Positions 1 through 11,156 of a stretch of DNA of 64,000 bases are shown piece after piece (the first letter of the stretch is position 1; every line of letters begins with the position of its first letter). Source of the DNA: Pavona decussata. Its lineage: Eukaryota. Below the pieces are notes generated by a model that saw only the letters and a program-made list of their open reading frames with translations, searched no databases and had not been told where the DNA came from. The stretch lies in the NCBI GenBank assembly GCA_977016875.1, contig CDRNST010000093.1, positions 62,001-126,000 of the forward strand, written 5' to 3'. A program made the position numbers and the translations under genes.

Positions 1-2165
1 TCGTTTATCTATGGCTTGGTTTATGGCTTCATGAGCTTTATATTCGTATGGTTTTTAACACCTCTCACCCGTGCCTTCCTCATTCCACTAGGGCTGATGG
101 CGAAAATTTGGCTCCTCATTGTCAAGTGCTTTTATGACCCGTTATACGAGTCATGTGGAAGGATCTTCTCCAATGTGAACATCAACTTCAATCACCGTAC
201 TATTCTAAATGTGTAGGTCTCCTTGTTTGTGACCCGGATCCGGAAGTGCGATATATCTGTATATATATGTGTGTTTGCTTCGACTTAGTTAGGCCTTGAA
301 GACATAACCTTCAGTTCCATAGCAATAGAGAATATGGAGAATGTAAACACGGTAGTTTAAGAGAAATATATTTGACAGTTGTGTTTTTTCTATACCTAAA
401 TGTTTTCCTTTCTATCAGCATCACTAGCATCATTCGGCACCAGAGGAGGGCAACGTTCCTCATTCTAAAATTCTGGAAAATTAATCGAACTTTACAACAC
501 TGAACTACTCCGGCGACACTTTGACGCCAGCAAAACAGAACAAATGAAAACGAATACTGAGGCGTTCCGGTTCCTGTGTTGAATTCTGTGTATACCCAAA
601 TTCAAATTTAGCATGTAATAGCCCTCAACTGGATGAAACGGTTCCCTCAAGTAACAAGCAGGAAAGGCCACTTGCTTCTTGAAAATATTTCTTTTTCCCG
701 GAATACCTCTGAGAGTGAATGGGTTTATACAGCAGGCTGCCTCTCTTGATTCAAATGCCATTAAATTTCTCCCCCCCCCCCCTCCCAATGACTAAAATTT
801 GAAATAAGTGTCCCTCCCCCCCCCCCCCCCTTCAACTTTTCTCTATTTTTGTTAGGCCGGGGGAGCACTGAGACAACTAAAATTTGTTTATCACTTTTCA
901 GTTTGGAACTCATAGGATTTGATCATGAACTGCTCTTGACTACAATGTTACAAGAGATGAGTTCCTTTTGTCGAACTCTCTTTTATTCAAGTTTCAAGTC
1001 CGCCAATAACTGCATTGTGTCCTCCCCACCCCTCGAATGAGCGGCCCTTGCCGTATCCTATATTTGAAGTACTAGCGCCGCCCTGGGCACTTATTCAAGG
1101 ATTTATGGTGATGTGACGTTTCTAATCAGCACGCCTTATGCTAATTTTTGACCAACTGTTATTGAGCGGCCAACACTTATTATTTTCCAGCGGGCGGCTA
1201 GCGGTTGCTAGGAGTTCATTCGGCCCGCTTTGCATTACTCGTGGAGTGATCTTATCGAGGATCCTTACCGGTCCGCTTTAATTTTGTCCATTTCGTCAGT
1301 CCATAAAAGAGCCGGTTGGTCACCAAATGCCTTTCTCTCACCGTGCCGGACAATGGCAGGCCATCCATCTGTGAGAGTTTTTTTTTCGCAGACATAATCA
1401 TGATTATGTCACACAACAGAGTGGAATGATTTTCAACATAGATGGAAGAAAGATAGAATCGAAGAAAATGATTGATAATAATAAGCAATAAGCATCCACC
1501 GTCGTATCCTCTATACATCCGTATCCGCCGCTTCCTTATAGGCGAGATCCATCCCCATGTCAAGCTAGCTAGTTACTTAAAGGTTGCGTGTGAATAGTCG
1601 TGCGGAATATTATATCATGCCCTAGTGGCGAATTGTTTAAGAAAAGGGGGAGAACTGACGTTTATACAATATAGTAACAGTATAGTTGGGGTGAAATCAG
1701 TGAGCAAATTCGAAGACAATAGAATACCAGAGCCTTAACTGGTATGAGTACTGAATGCGTATGTCATCGAACCACTCGGTTTCCAGGGCCTATGACGTGA
1801 ACTTCTCTGGTTTTAAAGAAGGCGGCAGACCCAGAGAGACATGAATGTCAGGGAACACCAGCAACATGAAAACGTTAGCATGCATGGCGGCGGCCACACA
1901 GCTGGCAATCATGAGAATGGTTGTCCTGTGCGACGCCTTAAGACAAGAACAATAAAAGTGGTTTTTCCGAGAAATCACGCGAGAAAACAAATATTCATGT
2001 CACGTCATGATCAACACAAATTATGAATACATTAAAATGAATTTCTAAGAAATCTCGCATTAAGGAAGATAATTTTCCCCTGAAAACAAAACACAACACG
2101 CACTTGCATTACAATTTCGAAGTCATTAAGGAACATTCATGAACTGTAACTCGGTCATCATCTCA

Positions 2166-2870
2166 ATGCCGAAAAAGAGACGTTTCAAAGTGGCCATATA
2201 TGCCAACGAGTACAGACAGATTTGCGCTTGGGTTTTAAAGAACCAGACTCTTGAGACAGGAGGCGATTTGTTCGGTCTCTGGGCGGACGATCGCACCGCT
2301 GTCATCCAACTGGTGTTGGGTCCAGGAGAAAACTGCCGAAGAGCGCCTCACTCCTTCTACCAAGACGTGCAATATCTTGAAAAGGTTGGCTCTGACTTGA
2401 CCGGAAAGGAAGCACTATGTCACATCGGCGAGTGGCATTCGCATCACACGATCGGTCTCACACGACCAAGCGGTGGCGATGAAGGAACCGTATGGAGAAA
2501 CATGCCAAACTACGGCCTGAACCGCTTTATTCTGTTTATTGCCAACATTGGATCGCTGTCTCCTTCTGAAGTGAGCGTCGGCTGCTTTCTGTTTGAATTT
2601 GAGAAAGGATCCAGCCGGAAGCTGCCGGTGTTAGAGGGAAGCTTCGAGCTCTTGCCGGATGAGAGCCCCTTCCGTTCAAAGTGTGTCAGCGTTTTGGGGA
2701 AAGGAGCAGAGTACATCAACAGTGACGAAGACATCGCTTGTCTTCAAGAAGTATCAACAGATGAAGCTAAAATAGCTGCAAGGCGGCCAGTAATGAGGGC
2801 TGAAGAGTTGTCACAAAGTCAAAGGAAAAAGAAAAGGCGCTGTCCTTGTCCGTGGTGCACAATGCTGTGA
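2166..2870 (+). CDS. JAB/MPN+ (JAMM) metallopeptidase, prokaryote-like, single domain (JAB-A), with a C-terminal polybasic CaaX tail
   Basis: Uninterrupted ORF (in-frame ATGs at 2139 and 2166; 2166 matches the start of paralog JAB-B). It has ETGGDLFG (catalytic Glu) and IGEWHSHHTIGLTRPSGGD (JAMM HxH...SxxD). It ends RKKKRRCPCPWCTML. Confidence 0.88.
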   Translation: MPKKRRFKVAIYANEYRQICAWVLKNQTLETGGDLFGLWADDRTAVIQLVLGPGENCRRAPHSFYQDVQYLEKVGSDLTGKEALCHIGEWHSHHTIGLTRPSGGDEGTVWRNMPNYGLNRFILFIANIGSLSPSEVSVGCFLFEFEKGSSRKLPVLEGSFELLPDESPFRSKCVSVLGKGAEYINSDEDIACLQEVSTDEAKIAARRPVMRAEELSQSQRKKKRRCPCPWCTML

Positions 2871-4639
2871 ACTATCACATATTATATTAACACAGTTACT
2901 TTACACTACATTGCATTATAAGACAAAAAAAAAACATATCCCGGCCACTGAAATTGATGTGTAGCCGTTTGGTCTCAATATACCGGTGTCTAAGGGTGTG
3001 ATATTTTTAACTTGTACAGAGTAAAAGTATCTGGCCGGGATATGTATATGCAGCATATTTATCAATTGTCGCCCACATGCTGGCTCAAGAAGTCACTCGG
3101 AACTATGTGATAAAGCAGCAAATCGTGTAGGATTTACACGCTCTATTGCCTCGTGTCAGTGCATCATGTATGTAACTTCTAGGGTACCCAACGGTTTACT
3201 TCGGCATATATCTGCCAGTTGGATGGCCTTAATCGCCTCAGAAATTCGGGTTTCGTCGTAAAGAACATCTTCAGTTTTCTTCACTAGAGAACTAATATTA
3301 TTCGTTTCGTTTTCAAAGGTGCATGTATGTCGTTAAAAAGGAGGGGAAAAGGTCATCTAGCATTTTCATCAAACTAACAACAAGTACATTAGGTGAACAC
3401 GATTCCGTTTTCTGAAACCATATGCAACCTAAGCAAGGTTGGCAATATTGGCGGGGAAGCAATATGATCTTGGAGATTATGGCCTGCTCCAAGTACCTGC
3501 TCCAACATGCCCATGAAATTACGCGTAGAAAGTCATTGTCTTCTATACTTCGTACCGGAGTGCATGTGAAAACGAGTGTTGTGATCCCAATTAGGTGTAA
3601 GATGGCATTTTTTTGCTTGTAAATTGAAAAATAAAACCTGGCGGCTGAAAAACGAGCTCTGACTCCAACTGTACTGAGTGTTACCCAACATGGCTCCCAG
3701 GGTCTTTCACCTCCCCACCCCATCCCAGAGTTAGAGAGGTTGTCTCGTACGCCCACCATGGCTATGCGTTTGGTTGTATGTCCCCACGAGGTATGATCGA
3801 AGAAAGCTTTAGTCATGTGAACGCACCCAAGGGGAAACGTAGGTGTAAAGCAAAATAAGGGTGGTTTAATTTCTCGCGCAGTCGTTCGGTGAATTATATT
3901 TTTCGAGAGGTTGCAAAATTGGCGAAATATATCACACGTTGTACAGATCCATTTTGAAGATTAAAATGCCAGTGCAATCAGTTAACTTTGATTTGTAAAC
4001 CATCTGAACCGATCTTACAACAGCTAAGTTTTCTCAAAATGTTAGTCTTGATCATTTTGCTCAGGTTGGATACTAAGTTACAAAAAGTTTAGATGCCGAA
4101 TATAATAATTCCAAAAATCTGGCATTCTTTACATAATATGTTGCCGTGGCAACGGTTCCTAAGATACGAAACCAACGGATAATTAAAAATTTAAGAGGTC
4201 ATTTAACGTTTCTAGAATCCAGGCTGCATGCAATTTTAAGAGAAAAGGCTACCGGAAAACGTCAGCAGCTCAAACTCGACGTGGTTTGTGTAGGTACTAA
4301 TTATAATTTTAAAGAATAAACTGCAAAGGACCGCAGAGAAAATGCTGCAAGTTTACGCAGGATCTGTAAAAGATCTAATCAGCCAAAAATAAACATAACC
4401 TAATTTTAAGAGCATGGTTGTCTTTTCTCCCCTCCCACCACTCCACATATATTTTGTTTGCGTTGCCTCACTTCCAGTTTTCAGCTTCACTTAGAACTAC
4501 GCAAGCTTCGTAGTTCGCACATTTTGAGTCAGTTAAATTGTGCGTTTACCACAATCGTCAGTAGTTGATTTTTCTTTTTAAAGGATGGATTTACCTTTAG
4601 GAGAAAATTTATTCTTTGATCCTACAACTGGAAGACTTT

Positions 4640-4868
4640 ATGCCCAATCGAGAAACGTAGTCCCACAATTGATGAGTTCATGCAAGATCCCTCAAGATAT
4701 CCCAACTACGTGTTAACGGTGAATTATGAAAACGGAAAAATGGAGATAAAGAATAAAGCCTCTGCTCAGAGGCAATCAGATTGTCAAGTGGTCACTGGAA
4801 TGGCCGCTGATGGCTTTTTTCAACCGTTCAATGCATTAATCATGGACGTTGAACACGAACGTATATGA
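4640..4868 (+). CDS. Small GFF-motif protein P1 (putative precursor/substrate peptide); start uncertain, possible 1-nt frameshift near the 5' end
   Basis: ORF 4680-4868 reads MQDPSRYPNYVLTVNYENGKMEI...DCQVVTGMAADGFFQ and is clearly homologous to P2. Homology continues in frame upstream of 4680 (SPTIDEFMQDP vs KKVDVDKYMEHP), and an out-of-frame ATG sits at 4640. Confidence 0.72.
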
Positions 4869-5851
4869 CTGTATTTGTCAGCGTACCACGGCCGAAAACA
4901 TTGACACTCAACTCGATATGATGTGATTCAACTTACTCGCACGCAACTGACCGTATTTGTGTAGAAATTGAGTATGACGCTCCTGACTATGGTATGGTAG
5001 AATACTGTTGCACTGTAACTATCGGCTTAGAGAGATCAACATGCACATTATCTTATTGTGTTGTACTTGGTTTAGCAGCAAAAATAGCGGCGGATGAAAC
5101 AAAATGGCGTCTCCTCTCGTAGGCTGAAGTTGATTTGCCGTTTGATATTCACCCGCTCAGTTAACTGTGTATGTACGTGGCTTTGTGTAACATTCATGTA
5201 TTATATATGTCATTTATGTAATTTGCACTGAGTTTGAAGAACACTACCCATATTACTTATATTAATACATTTAAAGCATATCTAGCTTAATATAAATAAA
5301 GCTTTAATCAAGCCATGTTAGTCAGCGTGATGGTGCCAGGGGAATCGATACACTGTACTAAGCACATAGGCACACATATTACACTTTAATTGTGATCAGA
5401 CGAAAAGCAAATGGGTCCTGTTTTGTAGAGTCTAGCATAGATATGATTATGTCACGCTTAAGACTATTTACAGTAAACATGGTTTCAGAGGAACGATTTT
5501 CAATAAAAATAGGAATTTTGCTTTAACCATATTCAGGAGTGCATATGAGAAATCCATCTCTACATCGAACTTTTGACTTAACTTTTGTTTGTTCGTAAAA
5601 TTGAAGTTATGCACATTCATTTTAGTTTGTTTTGACATCCGCGATTTCCGAGAAATGTCATTAGAATTCACAATTCAAGTCACGCTTGACAAAATGAAAA
5701 GTGTAACTTTACTATTGGCATCATCACAAGATATAAATACATCACAACGAATTTCTGCGAAATAATTTTAGTTCGAAAACAAAACACTGCAGGCACTCAC
5801 ATTATAGTTTTGGAAGTACTTTACTTTTTTTAAAAGCTGATCAGCATCTTA

Positions 5852-6601
5852 ATGTCTAAGGGCAAAGAGTTCACAGTGGCCATATATGCCGACGAGTACA
5901 GACAGATTTGCGCTTGGGTTTTAAAGAACCAGACTCTTGAGACAGGAGGCGATTTGTTCGGTCTCTGGGCGGACGATCGCACCGCTGTCATCCAACTGGT
6001 GTTGGGTCCAGGAGAAAACTGCCGAAGAGCGCCTCACTCCTTCTACCAAGACGTGCAATATCTTGAAAAGGTTGGCTCTGACTTGACCGGAAAGGAAGCA
6101 CTATGTCACATCGGCGAGTGGCATTCGCATCACACGATCGGTCTCACACGACCAAGCGGTGGCGATGAAGGAACCGTATGGAGGAACATGCCAAACTACG
6201 GCCTGAACCGCTTTATTCTGTTTATTGCCAACATTGGATCGCGGTCTCATTCTGAAGTAAGCGTCGGCTGCTTTCTGTTTGAATTTGAGAAAGGATCCAG
6301 CCGGAAGCTGCCGGTATTAGAGGGAAGCTTCGAGCTCTTGCCGGATGAAAGCCCCTTCCGTTCAAAGTATGTCAGCGCTTTGGGGAAAGGGGCAGAGTAC
6401 ATCAACAGTGAAGAAGACATCACTGGTCTGGAGGAAATATCAGCTGATGCGGCCGAAAGAAACACAACGCGACCTGTGATGTCTCGTAAACGGAAGAGAC
6501 CACACGTGGAACATCAAAATGAAGATGAAGAAAGAGACGTTAAAGCTAAAACCGTAAAAAGGCTCTACCCTCCTGACACATCTGTTTTTACTAGTCATTA
6601 G
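5852..6601 (+). CDS. JAB/MPN+ (JAMM) metallopeptidase (JAB-B), near-identical core to JAB-A, with an NLS-like tail
   Basis: ETGGDLFG and IGEWHSHHTIGLTRPSGGD motifs. The C-terminal tail contains RKRKRP...KTVKR. Confidence 0.88.
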   Translation: MSKGKEFTVAIYADEYRQICAWVLKNQTLETGGDLFGLWADDRTAVIQLVLGPGENCRRAPHSFYQDVQYLEKVGSDLTGKEALCHIGEWHSHHTIGLTRPSGGDEGTVWRNMPNYGLNRFILFIANIGSRSHSEVSVGCFLFEFEKGSSRKLPVLEGSFELLPDESPFRSKYVSALGKGAEYINSEEDITGLEEISADAAERNTTRPVMSRKRKRPHVEHQNEDEERDVKAKTVKRLYPPDTSVFTSH

Positions 6602-7493
6602 ATCAATTACACAGACGAAAATTATACTGAAGGGACCTAGTGTCGTTGAAACCTTCAGTTTAAAAGCTTAGTGTATTTGTTTTTAAAATTGGTGGATAAG
6701 CTGAATGTCAAATAAATATAGGAGAAATGTATTTAGCGCGGAGCGCTAATTGAGGAGACTCTCTGGGTCGAACTGATTTTTGAGGAGAGGGGAAAACCGG
6801 AGTTATCCGGAGAAAAACCTCTCGGAGCACAAAGACGGAGTCCGGAAATCGGGGCCACACTGGGAGGAGGCGAGTGCCCTCACTGCTCCCCAAACATTAC
6901 GTTTTGTGAACAATATAGCAAATAAACATTTTTAAATGCACCTTGTATTGTACTAATTAGGATTTACATAGAGATACAACCAGCTTAAATCAGTGTTATC
7001 CTGTAAAAGCTGTACACAGAGTGGGTAAATGTTGAGGCAACATGTAGAATTATATACCGAAAGAATGGGGCCGCGCGGGAGTGGGGTGGGTAGGATAAAT
7101 GTGGCGCATACACGTACGGTATACTACAGTGTCACCTTCATCTCTTGTCCCCCTTTGATTGACATCAAGAGCAATCCTTCGTGCTCTTTAGTTTCAGTTC
7201 TCATTCATAACTCCCATTTTAAAGCTGTAATGTATTTTGTTTTGTCGTCTTTAGAGAATTATGCTGCTCAACGTTCGAATTCTTGGGCTCATCAAATAAT
7301 GAATTTGTTTAACAGAAATCGGCCTGTCCCCCTTCCCCTGATTCACTCCTTCTGGCTTTTTCCCGGAATCAAGCACAAGGTATGAAGACAACTCCCTGAA
7401 GTAAACCTTGAAGCTGTACCTCTGAAGTTGGGCAGAAATTCGTCCCTACTGTACCTTACTGGGCCGTCATCGTTAAGAGATACTGTCGGAAAC

Positions 7494-7706
7494 ATGTCTT
7501 CTCCTAAGAAAGTGGACGTTGACAAATACATGGAACACCCAGAGAATTTTCCGAACCAAGTGCAGGTGATGAATTATGAGAATGGAAGGTTTGAGATTAT
7601 GTCTGAAGCCGAAGCTCGTACAAGAACTGATCGCCAAATCGTAAGAGGGATGGCTGCTGATGGCTTCTTCCTACGGCTTACGTACGTCGAACATTCTGGT
7701 CACTGA
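7494..7706 (+). CDS. Small GFF-motif protein P2 (70 aa)
   Basis: ATG at 7494 in AACATG context. Reads MSSPKKVDVDKYMEHPENFPNQVQVMNYENGRFEI...TDRQIVRGMAADGFFLRL. Paralog of P1. Confidence 0.8.
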   Translation: MSSPKKVDVDKYMEHPENFPNQVQVMNYENGRFEIMSEAEARTRTDRQIVRGMAADGFFLRLTYVEHSGH

Positions 7707-8308
7707 CACCGAACAAGTGTCTTCTTCAAGCTGTCAAGCAGTTCCAGTGTTGCGAGCTGATTCAAATGTTAAACGGGAGAATATCAATTGTACTGGACTT
7801 AACTATTGCAGTCATCATCAGCTTAAACGGGCAGCTTAATCAGTGGAGGCCTTTTAAATTTAAATTCGAACATTGCCGTGTTCTTTTCATTTCTGTGAGT
7901 GTATCGTGGTTAATCTAATGTATTGATAGTTTTGATACGACTAGTAGCATACACAAAGAACTGAAAGACCGAGTGTTCTTCTCGGTGAACTTATTTTCGT
8001 ATATTATGTCTTAAAGATGAAGTCTTCGCTCAAATAGGTTAAATCATCTCATTTATGTATATGATGAGAAAATGAAACGACTTAGATTAAATGTATGGAA
8101 AGAAGCAGTTGCGACAGGCTCTTAGCTTAGCAAAACTACGTGCTGATTTGCGAGAAAATGCACACACGTGTCACGGTCGTGATCTCCCTCAGTGATCGAT
8201 GATTATCGACATGCATCATCATATTTACTAAAGCTTAAGGATTATCTATATGGAATGTAGAGAAGCCAGTGTAAAGTTTAGGAACCCAGTACCTGGTGAT
8301 AGTTCAGC

Positions 8309-8626
8309 ACACAGAGAATCAAAGATACTCTGAGTATGTTCATTGTGCTAAAATATTTCGACAACAAACGATTCCTAGAGGGAATCGAAAGCTTTCAATT
8401 CAACATAATTTTCAATCCTGTAAACGAAACCTTTCTGTTTGATTTAATATGACAGGATCAAGAAACAATTTTTTCTCTAAAATGAAAAATTAGTTAATTG
8501 GAAACAAGTTATATTCTTAGTCTGCCTTGTTTCCAATTAACTTACTTTTATGGTCACTTGTTGTCGAAATATTTTCAAACAATGACGGAACATGACGATA
8601 CTCAGAGTATCTTTCGTTCTCTATGT
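8309..8626. mobile_element. Foldback/MITE-like inverted repeat
   Basis: aaagatactctgagtat...aaatatttcgacaacaa (~8320-8367) is inverted at ~8558-8614. An inner pair is agttaattggaaacaag / cttgtttccaattaact. Confidence 0.6.
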
Positions 8627-9695
8627 ATAGTTTAGGTTTCCCTGTTTTCTTGGAATATGACCTATTGTCAGTGTTGCAAAGATGGTTGCTAGCGAAACAA
8701 AAATATTGAGAGGGGTGATCTCCAATTATTGCACGAATAGATTCATGAACGTGTTCTCACGGAAGTTACTGCCAAAATTTATGTGGATATCCCATTATCA
8801 GTAAAAGTGTTGTAATTGTTGATTTGGTTTAATTAACCGGCTTAACCATGGGTTCAGTACCTCTAAGGAAAAAGAAATCGAACAATGGACGCCAAACGAG
8901 TCAACACGGTTCTTCTCAAAAACCTGGTATTGACATTCATGGTCAAGAAAAGCAACAGCGAGAAGGAAGATACAAGAACAAAGCTGAATGTAACGAGCGA
9001 GGTAGCGCATTAGTCAGTTTGTACCGCAGTAAGTGACCAAATCATTCAAATGCCTGAAATACCACGGGCGAGATGATTAAGTCGAAAACGATGACTACAA
9101 AACAGCCCTCAGCACTACAATAGCTTTGGATAAGTTTCCCTGGATATACACGGAGGTTGTCACTTTTTTTGTGTGAAACTACTGAAGGCATTGAATCTTA
9201 ATTCTTCACACTGAGCAATGGTGCATTCGATTTAGTCTTTATGATGGAATTGTTACCCGCTACAAACTAGTCGGCATGAACAGCTTAGTCAAAGAGTCAT
9301 TGCTACTAGGCATAAAAAGATTCCTTTTACAAGTTTAAAAAATGCAGGCAGAGTAAGCTTGTCAGCATAAAGTACTGCTTCTATATGTTGATGTGGAATT
9401 CAAGTTGGAATTTTGGTATAATCCCTCACCAAATCACACGCTTCCTGACTTTCTTGGAAATTTTCTACCCATGACACTTGGTAAACAAACGTCACATTAT
9501 GCGCAGATAGAAATGAAACTAAAATAGAATTGTTTTTCAGTTTAAAATAATTAAAGAGGGCAATCTTAGCGATACTCTTACAGAGGAAAAGATCACTGAA
9601 GTATAAAATAAATCTATTCGCAACTTTTGTGTGTCTTCCAAAGCTGCAACTAAAACAAAAATTCAAGTGTTTACTCCATAAATCCTACCACTGAT

Positions 9696-9810
9696 TTCCA
9701 AGAATGAAAAAGCATCATATGCTAACGTAAGGGGAAACCCCAGAACATGATCGGCCAATAATTTTAGGGGTGTTATTTCTAAGAATATGATTTCTTCCGG
9801 TTTCGATTTC
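9696..9810. promoter_or_regulatory. Cluster of GAS, kB and ISRE-like motifs upstream of the ThiF/E1 CDS
   Basis: TTCCAAGAA 9696-9704, GGGGAAACCCC 9731-9741, TTCTAAGAA 9777-9785, and GGTTTCGATTTC (reverse complement GAAATCGAAACC) 9799-9810. Confidence 0.5.
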
Positions 9811-9863
9811 AAAATATATTTTATTCTTTTCCAGAGAGGTTGCCCTCACTGACGATAAGCACG

Positions 9864-11156
9864 ATGCATGAGGTACAAGATGAACGTAAAGTTGTCTGCT
9901 TTCTGCAGCCCAATTTTACTGATGTCCTTAAAAACAACGACGCTGGTGAAAAACGGTTTTCTGTGACTGTATTTGACGACTGTGACACGCTTCACGTCCG
10001 GGTTCATTGCAACGATAAATCGTCTAATCCAGAGCCCGAGAAACGCGTCGCGTTCAAGGTCTTTAAAGAGCTGCCTCAGTGTTCGGAGATTTTAGATATT
10101 GCTTCTAGTCTCATTTCCAGCCTCCCAGCCCTTGATGTACCACAGGTCGCAATTTTGGTTTCCGAAGACGACCATGTCAGAGCTTGCGTGAGACCAAAGT
10201 CAACCGAACTGCTAGAACAAGCAGCCGTCCTTCGCCAACCACGAAAAGCCCAGCTCTACTCCCGAAGCCATGGCATACTGGAGTCGAGTCTTCTGGAGGA
10301 CCGCAAGGTTGCAGTAGTCGGGCTCGGTAGCGGTGGTTCCCAAGTGGTTATAGAGCTTGCTAAGGCTGGAGTTGGCAAGTTTATACTGGTCGATTTCGAT
10401 CGAATCGAGCTTCACAACATCGTCCGCCATGTTTGTGGTTTAAGCGATCTGGGACGCCTGAAGACCAATGTCATGCGAGACCGTATCTTGGACAAGAACC
10501 CGTTCGCTGAGGTGGAAATCTACAACACCAACATCAACAATTTAGAAGACGCCAGAAAAATTCTCACGGGAAGCGACATTATCATCGCAGCCACAGACAA
10601 TATCAGAAGCAGGCTTAACATCAACACCCTGTCCATAGAGCTTGGAATTCCCACCTTGTATGGGAAATGCGCTGTGAGAGCTGCAGGAGGAGAGGTGCTG
10701 CGTGTGAGACCGAAGGTAGGTCCTTGCTTCTCCTGCATCTATGCGGATGCATCTATGGAAGCTGCTGCAGAGGAGATGTCTTCCTTCCGCCAAGCGCGCG
10801 AGGCTAATCCACCATACGTTGGAGACGATGAAGTGAAAGCTACCATTCAAGTTGGGCTGTCTTCTGACATCAACCCCGTGTCTAATATGCTAGTGAAGCT
10901 TGCTCTGGTGGAGCTGTGTCGTGGTAAAGACAGCGCTCTGAAGACTCTGGAGAGCGATCTGGAGGCTCCATACTACATGTGGGCCAATCGCAGAGAGCAG
11001 CAGTATGCCGGGTACCCAGCAGATGGCTTCCACAGGTTTGACAAGCCCGCTATTCTGAGGTGGTACCCAATGATGAGCGAAAGAAAAGCTGACTGCAAAA
11101 CTTGTCAAGACATGGAAGTGAGCGAGGAAAATGTCGATTTTTTCGCTGGAAAATAA
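9864..11156 (+). CDS. ThiF/MoeB/E1-like adenylyltransferase with an unassigned ~140-aa N-terminal domain
   Basis: LYSRSHGILE..L..RKVAVVGLGSGGS (GxGxxG), DFDRIELHNIVRH, GRLKT, ATDN and two Zn-binding CxxC motifs (CFSC, CKTC). The first ATG is at 9864. A splice-acceptor-like ttattcttttccag ends at 9834, so an upstream exon is possible. Confidence 0.92.
   Translation: MHEVQDERKVVCFLQPNFTDVLKNNDAGEKRFSVTVFDDCDTLHVRVHCNDKSSNPEPEKRVAFKVFKELPQCSEILDIASSLISSLPALDVPQVAILVSEDDHVRACVRPKSTELLEQAAVLRQPRKAQLYSRSHGILESSLLEDRKVAVVGLGSGGSQVVIELAKAGVGKFILVDFDRIELHNIVRHVCGLSDLGRLKTNVMRDRILDKNPFAEVEIYNTNINNLEDARKILTGSDIIIAATDNIRSRLNINTLSIELGIPTLYGKCAVRAAGGEVLRVRPKVGPCFSCIYADASMEAAAEEMSSFRQAREANPPYVGDDEVKATIQVGLSSDINPVSNMLVKLALVELCRGKDSALKTLESDLEAPYYMWANRREQQYAGYPADGFHRFDKPAILRWYPMMSERKADCKTCQDMEVSEENVDFFAGK

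Noticed and set aside
2780-2800. RPVM in the JAB-A and JAB-B tails resembling the peptides' RPV(M/L/V)
   Set aside because: The match is only four residues with no following M-A-x-x-G-F-F, so it cannot be distinguished from chance.
8848-9036. 62-aa ORF between P2 and the E1 as another small-protein family member
   Set aside because: It lacks both the hairpin and GFF motifs and has no other support.
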